Source of the DNA: Spizellomyces punctatus DAOM BR117
Taxonomy: Eukaryota
NCBI GenBank assembly: GCA_000182565.2
Contig: KQ257463.1
DNA length: 64,000 bases
Direction: 5' to 3' (one strand)
Numbering within the stretch: position 1 is the stretch's first letter; each line of letters starts with the position of its first letter. The notes below the pieces were generated by a model. That model made no database searches, was not told the origin of the DNA, and was given only the letters and a program-made list of their open reading frames with translations. Positions 1 to 13,319 of the stretch are shown here, in pieces. The position numbers and the translations under genes were made by a program.

Positions 1-646
1 GCTCTGATCTGGTTGCGAACAAATAATTAGGACTGACGAACTTCTTCCTCCAATGCGTTGAAAACTACCTTGTTGCTTTACGACCGCTTTCAGGCGGGCA
101 TATTCTTCAGGATCTGATTTATCGTCAGCTCTACTTGATGTACCACCCTGCTGTACCACATGTGAATCTTACAAGACTTAGTGCGCATATCGCAACTTGC
201 AGAAGACGCCGTAGCGTGGAGAAGCGCCCATACCTTCAATCCTGGAGAAGCCCAGGAGCTACCTAAGGTACGAACGATGGTATGTCAACGCCAGTGCTCT
301 GGAAGGGTAATACTTCAACTCGCTCGGGCGAATAGCGGCTATTCATACTTTCTGGAACCCAGTCATCCTGATCGAAGGGAATACCCTGCGATATCTTCAA
401 ACCGTAAATTGCGCGTAATAAGTTAAGGCGGTGTCCAACCGATTTGATGTCGAGCTCTTTCAACATATTGTGGTCGGCGTGAACCAGCACGTCTCCAGAT
501 ATGTCATTTTCTAAAAGCGACGAGAATAAGATTTATTGGATAAGAGCCAAAGCAATATGACAAGTACCTCTAAATTTTCGCTCATGAAAACCAAGACCCA
601 TGAATTTGATCCATTCCACTACTTGATCCACACTCCAAGTGTTCAT
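1..646 (-). CDS. STE50: SAM-domain MAPK adaptor, Ste50-like (multi-exon, 3' end runs off the window)
   Basis: ATG at 646 gives MNTWSVDQVVEWIKFMGLGFHERKFR. After intron 567-511 it reads ENDISGDVLVHADHNMLKELDIKSVGHRLNLLRAIYGLKISQGIPFDQDDWVP, an N-terminal SAM domain with the SVGHRL..L...Y..K pattern of fungal Ste50. The RA domain is not in the window. Confidence 0.7.
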
Positions 647-814
647 CTCGACAAGACCATAAACAAGCTGAAAACCAGCGGCTTAAATGCTCGAATCTCG
701 CACTGAATGCGATCTTGGCCACGGGTGGTGCTTTTAACCATTGCTAAGCATGGCTTAGGTTGGTGTTTCTCGGCTTGCCGCGACTGCATTCCAGCTCCGT
801 TGACTTCCACCAAT

Positions 815-1777
815 ATGCCACAGATTGAAGAAACCCAACAAAATGTCCCCACGATAGGAACTCAGGAACAGCCTCCGACTCCCAGTCGACCGTCCTCGTA
901 CTCTTTTGACGCTGCCTCTTTGCGGCAGCGCAATGCGCCTTTGCGGGAAGCAGTCGGATCGTCCACCATGTCGGCCACTGCCAGCACGGCGTCACCGAGT
1001 GAAAGCGACAGAGATGACGAGGGAAATGAATTTGAGTGTAACATATGGTGAGTATAAGAAATTGGTACATTCATGTCGTTTTGACCAACGAAAAACTTAT
1101 ACGTCCAAGTCTGGAAATGGCGTCGAACCCCATCGTCACTCTCTGCGGCCATTTGTTCTGTTGGCCATGTATGTATTGTTCAACGCCACCACCTTAAATA
1201 ACGACGTACTTCTAATCATGTAAATTTGCATCCAAAAGGCTTACATAGATGGATGCAGTCACGGTCACCCTCAGCCAATGCCTGTCCGGTTTGTAAGGCG
1301 AAGGTCGAAAGAAGCAAATTGGTTCCCATATATGCACGGGGCAGGCAATCAAAAGACCCAAGGGAGGAGGTTATTCCTGAGCGTCCCACTGCGCAGCGAC
1401 CTGAGGCGGCACCATCGCAGGCGAATCGCGGTTGGGATAACTTCTTCTTCCCCGGAGGCACAATACCTACCGGCAACGGTATAACGGTCGGCTTTGGCCT
1501 TTTTCCATCCTTATTTGGCCTTCACTATGTAGGTTATAGGACACTACCTTGCTAATGACTGAAAGCTTCTCATCCATATTTTGTCAGACTTTTGGGGTCC
1601 CTGCGCACTTGGGCTCTCGTGACCGGCAGGCGCAAGGTCCGTTTTTGTTGGCATAGCCATACTCAATCGACTCTCTCATCCTGTTCTCTTCTTTCAGTCG
1701 CCCAACAACAGGCCTTTCTCTCTCGGATTTGCATGATGGTGGGGATTCTGGTGATGATTGCGATTCTATTATACTAG
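815..1777 (+). CDS. RNF5: RNF5/RNF185 (RMA1)-like C3HC4 RING E3 ubiquitin ligase, tail-anchored
   Basis: Spliced product [30 protein letters not shown]...ACPVCK...LVPIYARG...DPREEVIPERP, then GFGLFPSLFGL and a C-terminal TM helix FLSRICMMVGILVMIAILLY*. Confidence 0.88.
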
Positions 1778-2404
1778 GTAATATTGGTATGAGTCAATGA
1801 TTCGGTGTATCTATTAACCTTTTTGAGTCCCTCAACAGTAAATAAAAACGCACTTTGCATTTGGAAAGTGGCAAGACGGTACGGGCTCTTACTTGGTCTT
1901 TTCACGTGTCCGGCATTCCCTCAAGTCCTGGATTCATCCAATATAACGGACGATTACTTGTCCCAGTGCGCGGCAAAAGCCATAGCCAGGAAGTCATGCG
2001 AATGGCGTTCCGTTGGACGAGATGAAGACCAAACGATGAACCTCTCGATCAATGTCGATTCACGGACGTCATAAAAACTGGTTTATGAATTGCAAAAATT
2101 GCTGCAGTCTCATTTTGTCGTATTACATAGGATTTCTTAAATATTGCAGGGACCCTGATTTCTTCGCTCATTGCCCATTTTGTCAATGAAAGCTGCTTGT
2201 CCTCGATGTATCGAGCTCATTAGGTAGAAACGAAAACATAGAAGTTTAATCCATAATATTAGAAAAGCGTAGCAGCCTCTGAAGATGCCAAGTGCACAGA
2301 ACTACTATGCGCCTGTGTCCTTATGTGCACGCAACAAATATTCGGATGATTCGGGAATATAGCAGATTCACGTTCTAATGAAACAGCGGATAGGTTTGCA
2401 ATAT

Positions 2405-5400
2405 TCATTCAAACTCCTGTTTCAACACCCATCTGCCCTTGGAGTCGAGATCACGTCGAAACTCTGCGATTCCTTTCAGCATCTTTTTGAACATGACAGC
2501 ATCTTCCCCATCGACCTGGCTGCGGAACGCCTCTAATATCTCACTGGTCGATGCACTGCCACCGCAAGAGCTTAGAAAGTCCCTGATTCGAACGGCCAAT
2601 CCTTCTCTCGACGCTACGTCTATGTCCTCATTAGAAATCGGTACTCTAGCAATACCGTCGCTATTACGTTCAATAGCAGCTCTTTTGCGTAGATTGACCA
2701 ATATCGCAGAGGAGCTTGGTGCTCCGACAGAATCGGTTGTGGGTGCAGCCGTCTGCGGAAAGTCAGTACCAGCCTGGACATTGCGGAATCCTGAAGAACT
2801 ACCGCTACCAAATAACGCAGCCGGGTTCGGTGATACAGACCCGCTGGTCGCTGGAGTTGCACCGGTCGCTTTCGGCCCGAATCTTCTCGGAGCGTGTACG
2901 GCAGAAACGGAGGCAGGTGCACCTGCTGCTCCGCTTCTTCCTGTGAATGTCGGTACGTGGATGCCTTCTCTCTGCCGTATACGTCTTCGACTTCGACGCA
3001 AAGCCGCTACAGCTTCATTTGCTACCCGAGATGCTTCTTTTTCCACAATGACAGTCTCCGGACTTGCAGCTTCTACTATGACGTCATGTCGCAGAGCAGA
3101 GTGAACCCCAGACTTTGAGAAGAGAGCCCTCAACATTCGAGAATCGTCGTCTTCTAGGGAGATCACATCGCCAGAACGTGCTTCTTGCGGTGATGACGTG
3201 TGGGCTTCCTCTGGCGAATGGTAGCTATCCACTTTTTCCAGATCGTTGATGGTTGAAAGATTTTCAATCTGCTCAGTGGTATGTATTACCGCTCTTCCCT
3301 TTCCTTTGGTGTCCGTCGTCATTTGAGCTTCTTCGAAATTAATCTCCGCATCCGTCCCGTGAAATAAGTCACCTGTTTCGGTCCCTACATCGTCAGCACT
3401 CCCAAGTGTAAAAAGATCATTGAGATCATTGCTCTTGAAAAACCTCCGCTGCCTCGGATCTTTTAAGATCTTGTTCGTCAAATATTGCTTGAAAATTTGC
3501 CGATGATATATTTTCTCTTCAATCGTCCCAGAGGTCATGAGGCGGTATATGGTCACGTCCTTCTTCTGCCCTACCCTCCATGCCCGCTCGCGAGCTTGAA
3601 CATCGGTTGAAGGGTTCTAGGGAATGGCGAAGATGAGTTTTACCCAGGCGTGGGTGGGATGGGGAAAGTAATGCTTGGCCGTACCCAGTCCGGATCATAT
3701 ATGATTATACGATTTGCCCCCGTAAGATTGATCCCCAATCCACCCACTTTTGTCGTCAACAGAAAAACATAAATACTGGGATCTTCGTTATATTCGTCGA
3801 CCATGGCGATTCGATTCTTTATTGGCGTCGTACCGTCCATACGGCGATACTTGTAGCCTATAATACCCGTGATTGTTTCGGTTACATTACCTTCATGGAA
3901 GTTCGAGAAAATGTATCGCACCTTCGGTTTTAATAAACTTCTCCAAAATCTGCCGGTGGAAGCCCAAAAGAGATTAATGAGATCATCGTGTGCAAATAAG
4001 ATCACCAGGCCGCAGAACACATACGTCCTGCATTTGACGTGTCTGGCAAAATAGTAGAGTCTTATGCCCCTGTTTCTTCCACATTTTCAGAAGCGCCTGC
4101 ACAACTTTCAATTTTCCAGATCGATCGAGAGCCCCGTAATTTTTATCCTATGCCACCATTAGCATCAAAACATATGTCCATGACGTGCAGCAGTGGTACC
4201 TTCGAAAGCTCATTCCTGGCTAGCAAATCGGGATGATTGCATATCTTACGTAAAATATCAATTCCATACAGCGCGTGCCGTCGACCTTGTAGAATGCTAA
4301 CAACCTCATTCGATTTAAGGAATGCCTGGTATTCCTGGCGCTGCCGTTTCGTCAATCGGCAGAATAAGACCTGTTCGCTTTTCTTCGGTAGGTCAGCCGC
4401 AACGTCTGCTTTTATGCGCCGTAAGAGGTAGGGACTGATCAGGTCTCGTAATACGCAGGCACACTTATATGCCGTTTGAACTTGCACATTGCTGGCGTTC
4501 GCATAACCCCCAATGCTAATAGGAATTGCAAATTGAGATTGGAATACCGGAAGAGTCTAAGGGTAGGATTGATTCACTCAGAGCTGCAACAGGGAGGTCG
4601 CAACATAAGGAATAGATGGACAATACCCCAAGTCGGCCAGGGAATACAAAATCATACAACGACCATAGCTCCGTCAGGTTGTTTTGAATTGGAGTTCCGG
4701 TGAGAATAATGCGGTGGGGTGTCTTCCAGAGATGGATACTTCAGGATACGCACACAATATAAACAGAAAGGCAAATCGCACCTTAGCGTACCCTTAGCTG
4801 CTTGCAAGCGAGCGTAATCTCGGCATCCGGGTTGCGAATCTTGTGTCCTTCATCAAGAATACAATACGCCCATTTAACCGGAAGAAGTATGGACGAGTAT
4901 ACTCGCACACCAGCGTAAGTGGTAAGAATTACATGACCTGCAAATGAGAGATGAAGCAACAAAGACATGCCCACGTGCTAGACTACTGTTAACGCACCAT
5001 GCTTCACTAAACGGTCCACCAACGCGCGCGCTTTGCTCAGCATCTTTGTAGCTTTTGCCGATAGTTTTGTTCTTTTCTTAGGCGCCTTCTTCACTGTGGG
5101 CTTTCTCACACCTCCTCTTCTGTCTTCATAAGGATCGCCATTTCGGTCATCTTCTCCTTTTCCTTCGTCATCATCATCATCAAATATGTCTTCTTCCAGA
5201 CTGCGTGAAGCCTCGTAATCTCCAGCTGGTATAGATTCTGCTAAACCACTGCCTGTAGAATGAAGAATGGCAACCCGGAGCGGTGGCCACCATGTGTGGA
5301 ACTCTTGGACCCATTGTCTTAGTACGGTCGCTGGGCAGACAATCAATATCGGTCCATTAAGCAAACGTGAAGCGCTAAGGCCGGCGAGAAAGGCAATAGT

Positions 5401-6911
5401 TTGAATGGTTTTGCCCAATCCCTGAAAGTCATTGGTTAATCCAACTGCAAATCCACATCGCAGTGAAATATCATGCTACCATTTCGTCCCCAATGATACC
5501 TCCAGCTTCCTGACAATGTAGCTCCCACAGCCACTTAGCGCACGTCCGCTGGTAATCAAACAACGCATTGTAGAGGTCACCAGGTAAACGATAGCCCCCT
5601 TCAAACTCTGCGTCATCATCGTGCGGAGACGGTTGAAACATCTCTTGTTCGGGATCTGCGTCCAGCAAGTGCCGATGGTTTTCATCTTCCACGTTACCCT
5701 TTTAAATGGACACGGATAAGTTCTATTGATTATGTGAATGATTATGTGGAAGTCACCCAACTGTAGCTAACCGCATGTCTAAGGCGTTTTAGTCGCCGAC
5801 GTCGAGCCCATGCCGATATTCGCTTTTGGTATACAGTTTCATCACCGTCATCCACATGCCGGTCTACGTAGCGTCCTTTTCTCCCATGCTGTGAGTGGTC
5901 GGCGCTACCCTCAAGCATGCGTTCGTCATCATCCGTCGATAGCGCGGTTGCACTGGCCACATCCTGGTCGCTCTCCTCCAGTTCTTCGGAGTCCTCATAA
6001 TCTCGCTCATCAAATGACCGCTTTCGTTTGCTTTCCCTCCGGCGGGAATCCCTTTCCTCATCTCGTATCGCTCCAATGTCTGCATTCGGTAACATGTCGA
6101 CAGGCAAATCTTCAGCGACCCGATCCGCTGCAGTGTCCTCATCGTGCGAAGTACGGCCCTGAAAATTAACAGATCGCTCTAATCCTGCGATGCTCGAAAA
6201 CGGTGTTATCTTTCCCGTACGTATCAAGCGCTCCCGTTCCGTTTCCTTCCCCGAAATTCCGGACTCCGGACCTTCAGAGGTGAGCGAGCTTCTGCGCATC
6301 CGAGCGATAATCTGGCGTTTTTGCGCTTCTAAATCCTCAATCTGGTCGGTAATGCGCTGCATGCGTCGATCAATACCGCGTCCAACGCTAGAGTTTGCGT
6401 GATGGTCGCTCGCCTTGTCCTCTAGCTCTTCAAGTTTACCTTGAAGCTCTCTGCGTCGCAGATATTATCCTTCAATGAGCACACCGGCTGATATGTTCAC
6501 AATGGCTTATATACCAACCCAAGTTTCTTTCGTGTTTTCGCTAGGCGCTTTACATCCGCCTCGGTTTCTCGTTGTCTTAGCGCTTCATCTGCCTGTGGTC
6601 GTTGCTGTTCTGTAAGATACCGGAGGGAGAAGTGTCTTCATGAAAACCACGCATTTCGTTACCTGTGCCATGATAGCTCTTTCCATTTCAGTTTGATCAG
6701 TGACACCAAGCACAAAGTCAGCCCCCAGCTCATTGGATATCCCTTGCAGATCTGCGTTGTCGCCGAATGCGATAGACGGTATCGGAGCAGGCAATGAGCT
6801 CACATCCTCTCTTGTCTGCCTTTCTTCCTTGCTAATGTTTTCAATAGTCGCCACGGTCTCCGCTGTGGCGACTCCAGATATTTGGGGGGCAGGATCGTTT
6901 TGGTTTTCCAT
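2405..6911 (-). CDS. RAD26: Rad26/CSB (ERCC6) SNF2-family transcription-coupled repair ATPase
   Basis: [49 protein letters not shown] (Walker A), [11 protein letters not shown] (Walker B), [42 protein letters not shown], and a C-terminal winged helix ending WVLKQEFE*. Confidence 0.95.
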
Positions 6912-7530
6912 TATCTATCCTCAGAGATAAAGTATCAGCTACTACTGATGGGATGGCTTTGAACTGTGCTTATTGTTTAGTTAGAATGGCTGCCAGTGGT
7001 ATTTTCTGCCTATTGCGTCGAGATGTCGTATAAGAAAGAAGTTGCAACATTGAGAGTCCCGCTTAGCAGGTGCGAAGTTTAAGGGTTTCGGAACTCGTGT
7101 CTCCACGCATAACATGGAACCATCGGGAATTGTTATTTCAGCAAGTGAGGATAAATCACATCAATCTACCAAACATATGAGCGGCTTGCGCTGGAAATGA
7201 ACCACAAAATCATCGTTTGGCAGAACCATGGGCAAGTTTCGTTGTTGCTGCGTGCTCGTGGGTGACTCACCTCGTTGCTACGCGCGGAAAGGAACCAATC
7301 AGCGTGACGGTTAGCGCCTTCACACAACCCAGGACAAAGCCGCCTTCCTGCAACTTGACAAGCAAGAGTCAAGGACAAGTCCATTCTCGTCGTGGTTCGT
7401 GTCGTCGTCGTCGTCGCCGCAAAGGGGTGGGGTTTAGGACGATTGAAACCTGTCGTGTCCTCCTTTGGTCGCATCCGTAGATTTTGCACACGCTGCCGGA
7501 AGACAGGTGGGACGCGAAAGGATCTACGAC

Positions 7531-7556
7531 GGGGGGTGGGGGGGGGGGGGGGGGGG
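7531..7556 (+). repeat. G-tract G6-T-G19 (G-quadruplex-capable) in a predicted 5'UTR intron
   Basis: Read directly. It lies between donor CAG|GTGGGA (7507) and branch/acceptor GTTAAC...GGGTAG (7595). Confidence 0.85.
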
Positions 7557-7614
7557 AAGGTTGTATTGTTAACTCATGCTCTACAATCTGGGTAGAAAGA
7601 GATCTTGAGCTACG

Positions 7615-9106
7615 ATGTCTAACGCTACTGGTAGACAACTTTTCGTTGGCAATGTGAGGCACTACTTGGAATCACTGTTTTGTGAACACCGGAACAGCTA
7701 ACCCTAATTTGTCAATATCGCAGTTGCCCTTTATAATCGGCTGGCAAGACCTGAAGGACTTGTTTCGAGAAGCCGGTAAGAAGAGCCGTGTATATTCATA
7801 GTGGAGTCTGCACATAATCTGTACAGACCCATCGCTCATGGATACCTAACGGCGGAACCTCGGTAGGTACCGTAATCCGTGCCGATGTTGCCACCGGGCC
7901 TGCTGGTCGTTCTCGGGGTTTCGGCACGGTCTTGTTTGCTACGGCTGAGGAAGCACAGGCTGCCATCAATCTCTTCAACAACTATGATTGGAACGGTCGC
8001 AAAATCGAAGTGCGTGAGGACAGAGCCGTCGCAAGCACATCAGGGGTCGCCACACCTCCCATTGCGATCGGTGCAGCGCCGGTAATTAATGGAAATGGTG
8101 CGTTTCGTATCCTGTTGGTCTACTGGTTTATATCTCGCCTAATGCTCAGAATCTGATTGATAACAACTGCCCTTGTTCAGGGAATGTCAACGTTCGTGCG
8201 TTGTACGTGGGGAACATCCCATACTCTGCAGGCTGGCAGGATTTGAAGGATCTATTCCGTCAAACTGGAAATGTCGTTCGCGCGGATGTTCCACAAGACT
8301 TTCAGGGCCGGTCTAAGGGATTCGGTACAGTTGTTATGAGTACTGTAGATGAGGCGCGGAAGGCAGTGTCGTTATTCAACAGTTATGAATGGAATGGCCG
8401 GCGCATCGAAGTTCGGGAGGATAGGACATTTGTCGAAGGTGCTGCACCGCGCGTGAACAACAACGCCAATTTTGCTACACCTGCATTCAATGGAGGCTTC
8501 TCTCCAGTTTTGAGTGGTGGAAACACTGCCGGACGCCAGTTGTTTGTCGGAAACTTGCCGTTTACAGTTCAATGGCAAGAGTTGAAGGACCTTTTCCGAG
8601 AAGCTGGAAACGTCCAGCGAGCAGATGTGGCAATGGACAACCAGGGACGAAGCCGTGGATACGGTCAAGTTCTGATGGCTACTGTGGAGGAAGCGCAAAT
8701 GGCTATCAAGGTGCTTAACGGTCGAGAAGTGCAGGGTCGGACCATTGAAGTTCGAGAAGATAAATTTGCCGCGGATGCGTCCAGTAACATTCCTGGGACC
8801 CAAGTGTTTGTTGGAAATGTATGTAATTGGCACTACTTGATGTCGCTTCAAGTGATACTGACGAGTATTTGTCCCTTGCAGCTCCCATACTCATCCCGAT
8901 GGCAAGATTTGAAAGATCTCTTCCGTCCCCATGGGCTAAACCCTGTACACGCGGATATCATGGCGGAACCAGGTACAGGGCGCTCAAAAGGATGCGGAAT
9001 CGTCCGCTTCAACACGCCAGAAGAGGCTGAGCGCGCCGTTCAGGAAGTGAATGGTACTAATGTTGGTGGACGGAACGTGATTGTGCGTTTGGATAAATTT
9101 GCGTGA
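7615..9106 (+). CDS. Gbp2/Hrb1/hnRNP M (MYEF2)-like RNA-binding protein with four RRMs
   Basis: ATG 7615 gives MSNATGRQLFVGN|LPFIIGWQDLKDLFREA. There are four copies of (L/V)(F/Y)VGN(L/I)P...WQ(D/E)LKDLFR...(R/H)AD....GRS(R/K)G.G.V...GR.IEVREDR/VRLDKF. Confidence 0.88.
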
Positions 9107-9414
9107 GTCCCCGCCTATCTCAATGGACTGGTGTGTCTAAAAAGCAGATCCTGAAAGACGAAATCAAAATAACTATATGATGCGATGAGAATGTGATGTG
9201 GGCATGTATCATTAGTTGCATAGTGATAGCATAATGTGTGTATATGGGTTGGTTGAAGGCAAGAGTCTCTGGTGCAGTTAATAATCAGCTTCCCAAAACC
9301 AAGCGGAAGCGGTGAAAATACTAGTTGTTGCACTACTGATGGATCACACGGTAATAGATCAAAAGGTGAGATGAACGCGTGAGGCCTCTGTCCTTGTCCT
9401 GTTACCCATTCATC

Positions 9415-10815
9415 ATGTCAGTCGTCGAGACAACAGCTGTCTTCCAGGTATTGTACATTAGCGTTATTCACAGAGTGTAGCGTTTGCGTGAACAATCTTG
9501 TCATATGCATCGGATCGCTGGGTTGCATGCTCTGATGCCTGACTTTTAAATATTCCAGCCAGATCTTTTCAAGGGCAAGGTTGCGTTCGTGACCGGTGGG
9601 GGAAGCGGAATATGCAAGGGATTGACAGAAGCGCTCCTGAGGTTTGCAAACGCTGCACATTGAGAACGCGCGCCTTACCATTGACGTTGACTTGTACATA
9701 TCTTCAGACATGGAGCAAAGGCTGCTATTTTCAGCCGAACACTTAAGAAATTGGAGACCACGGCGGCGGAGCTATCCAAGACGACTGGAAGCGAGTGTAT
9801 TGCGTTAGCCGGTGACGTCCGCAACATTTCCGATGTTGAGAATGGCCTCAAAAAGGCTCACGAGCACTTTGGTCGTATCGATATTGTCATATGCGGCGCT
9901 GCTGGAAATTTTTTGAGTACAGCGGAAAACATCAGCGCTAACGGATTCAAGGTATACATACATACCCCCAGCGCATGTAACAGGCTCCAATTGGATTGTA
10001 CATCTAATACTTGAGGATACATTTAGACTGTAATTGATATCGACTTGATTGGCACCTTCAACGCGTCCAAAGCTGCGTTACCATATTTGAAGGAGACACG
10101 CGGGTCTTTGCTAAATGTCAGCGCAACATTTCATTATACGGGCATGCCCCTGCAGGTAAGATATTCTCGCAACAGGTGGAATTGCGACTGTTGGGTTCTT
10201 ATGCTGATTCAACACTTTAGGGGCATTGCGCGGCTGCGAAAGCTGGTATCGACGCGCTGACGAAGTAAGTAAACCTATTGTTATTTACGGGTTCACGCTA
10301 TACTGCTGACAATGACCGATGGTAGAAACCTTGCAGTCGAATGGGGGCACTATGGCATCAGAGTGAATGCCGTAGCTCCGGGGGTGAGTGCTCTACTCCA
10401 ATCCTCTGTGGCAGAGACATGGCTTCTCTAATTATGTGCAGCCCGTCGAGGAAACGGCTGGCTTCGATAAGCTTAGTTACGACAAGTCCAAGAACCAAGA
10501 TATGATCCAGCTCATCCCTTTGCAAAGCGCAGGTGAACATCGCTTATCCTGTAGATGGGTGCGTTTGACTGCTATTCGCTCTGGCTAACTAGACGAATAT
10601 TGCAGGTCGCATTAAAGACATTGAACACGCCGCGTTATTCCTATGTTCCCCTGCTGCGCGATGGGTAACAGGAGCAATTCTGGTAGTCGATGGCGGGCAC
10701 TGGTATGTGGGGTAACCTTTGGTCATGTTTTAGGAGCATCTATCTAAATTTTCTTTTCAGGCTAACAAACACAGGGCTTGCGCCGCCTGCTGTCTGGAGG
10801 GGATCAAAGCTTTGA
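9415..10815 (+). CDS. SPS19: Peroxisomal 2,4-dienoyl-CoA reductase (SDR family, Sps19/DECR2)
   Basis: Spliced FKGKVAFVTGGGSGIC...IDIVICGAAGNF...ISANGFKTVIDIDLIGTFN...AAKAGIDALTRNLAVEWG..GIRVNAVAPG...VTGAILVVDGGHW. The last exon ends GSKL*, a PTS1 signal. Confidence 0.93.
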
Positions 10816-10963
10816 ATCAAATAGCTCTAGTGCCGTCTTTATGTGGTAGCTTTTGTGTCAACCTGAAACAGCTGAGGTATTACTCGGTTTCATTATCGAA
10901 ATTCAATAAATAGGCGAATCTACTTGCTGGCTTGTGCATGCTCTATATACCCTATGCGCTGGT

Positions 10964-12718
<1,755 letters not shown>

Positions 12719-12856
12719 CTCCTCTTTCAGGCTATGGGCGTATTATAGGTATGTGCTTTGCTGGGATGACCAGCGCTCCCCAAAATGTGCTGTGAAAATG
12801 CTCCTGGTTTGGTCTGATCACAGCTAAGCAGATCTTGCAGTCAATCACAGGTGACG

Positions 12857-12863
12857 TGACTCA
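12857..12863. promoter_or_regulatory. Gcn4/CPC1-type element TGACTCA about 140 bp upstream of MET2
   Basis: Exact heptamer within GGTGACGTGACTCACG in the divergent MET2/SNX41 intergenic region. Function is inferred from its position. Confidence 0.4.
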
Positions 12864-13319
12864 CGCACGAGCAGAACGCCAGGCTTTGCATCCGCAGCGC
12901 CCGGAATTCTTAATCGGTGATTCTCGCTGTGCATCTGATACCATCTATTTGTTACTGCTCCCTTTGACCTTGTGCTGGACGGTTGCTTATTTTGTCTTGT
13001 CTTTTTGTATTGGCATCTCGTTGAAAAGAACATCTGTCTCCTTCAACCCGTGTTATTTACCCCACCACTTTACTCATCTGTACTGAAGAACAGGGACGTG
13101 AGGGAGGCGCAGCGGAATGCTGATTGGTCCTTCATTGCTACGTTCTGCTACCCGTCAGTCAGCGCCCAGTACTGCGGACAAGGGACATGGGAATACGGAA
13201 TCTACCGCTTTCCCACAGGATATATTGACGTGCGTAGGGGGAGACTGGGCGTTCTTCATAGCGGGTGTATTGACCTAATCCATTCCAGTGGTCCATCCGC
13301 GAATAGCACGCGAAACAGT

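Noticed and set aside
1805-2230. Short frames between RNF5 and RAD26
   Set aside because: No consistent exon chain or motif; most likely 3'UTR sequence.
2439-3104. 221-aa plus-strand ORF and many similar long antisense ORFs (for example 14322-14774, 21234-21764, 17484-18122)
   Set aside because: Antisense shadows of well-supported genes, with no recognisable motifs.
7217-7480. Arg-rich frame (SRRGSCRRRRRRK) as a possible RS domain for the RRM gene
   Set aside because: It comes from a (GTC)n microsatellite, has no ATG, and an in-frame TGA precedes the RRM ATG.
12972-13319. N-terminal extension of the SNX41 first-exon ORF
   Set aside because: No ATG before 13320; treated as 5'UTR or promoter.
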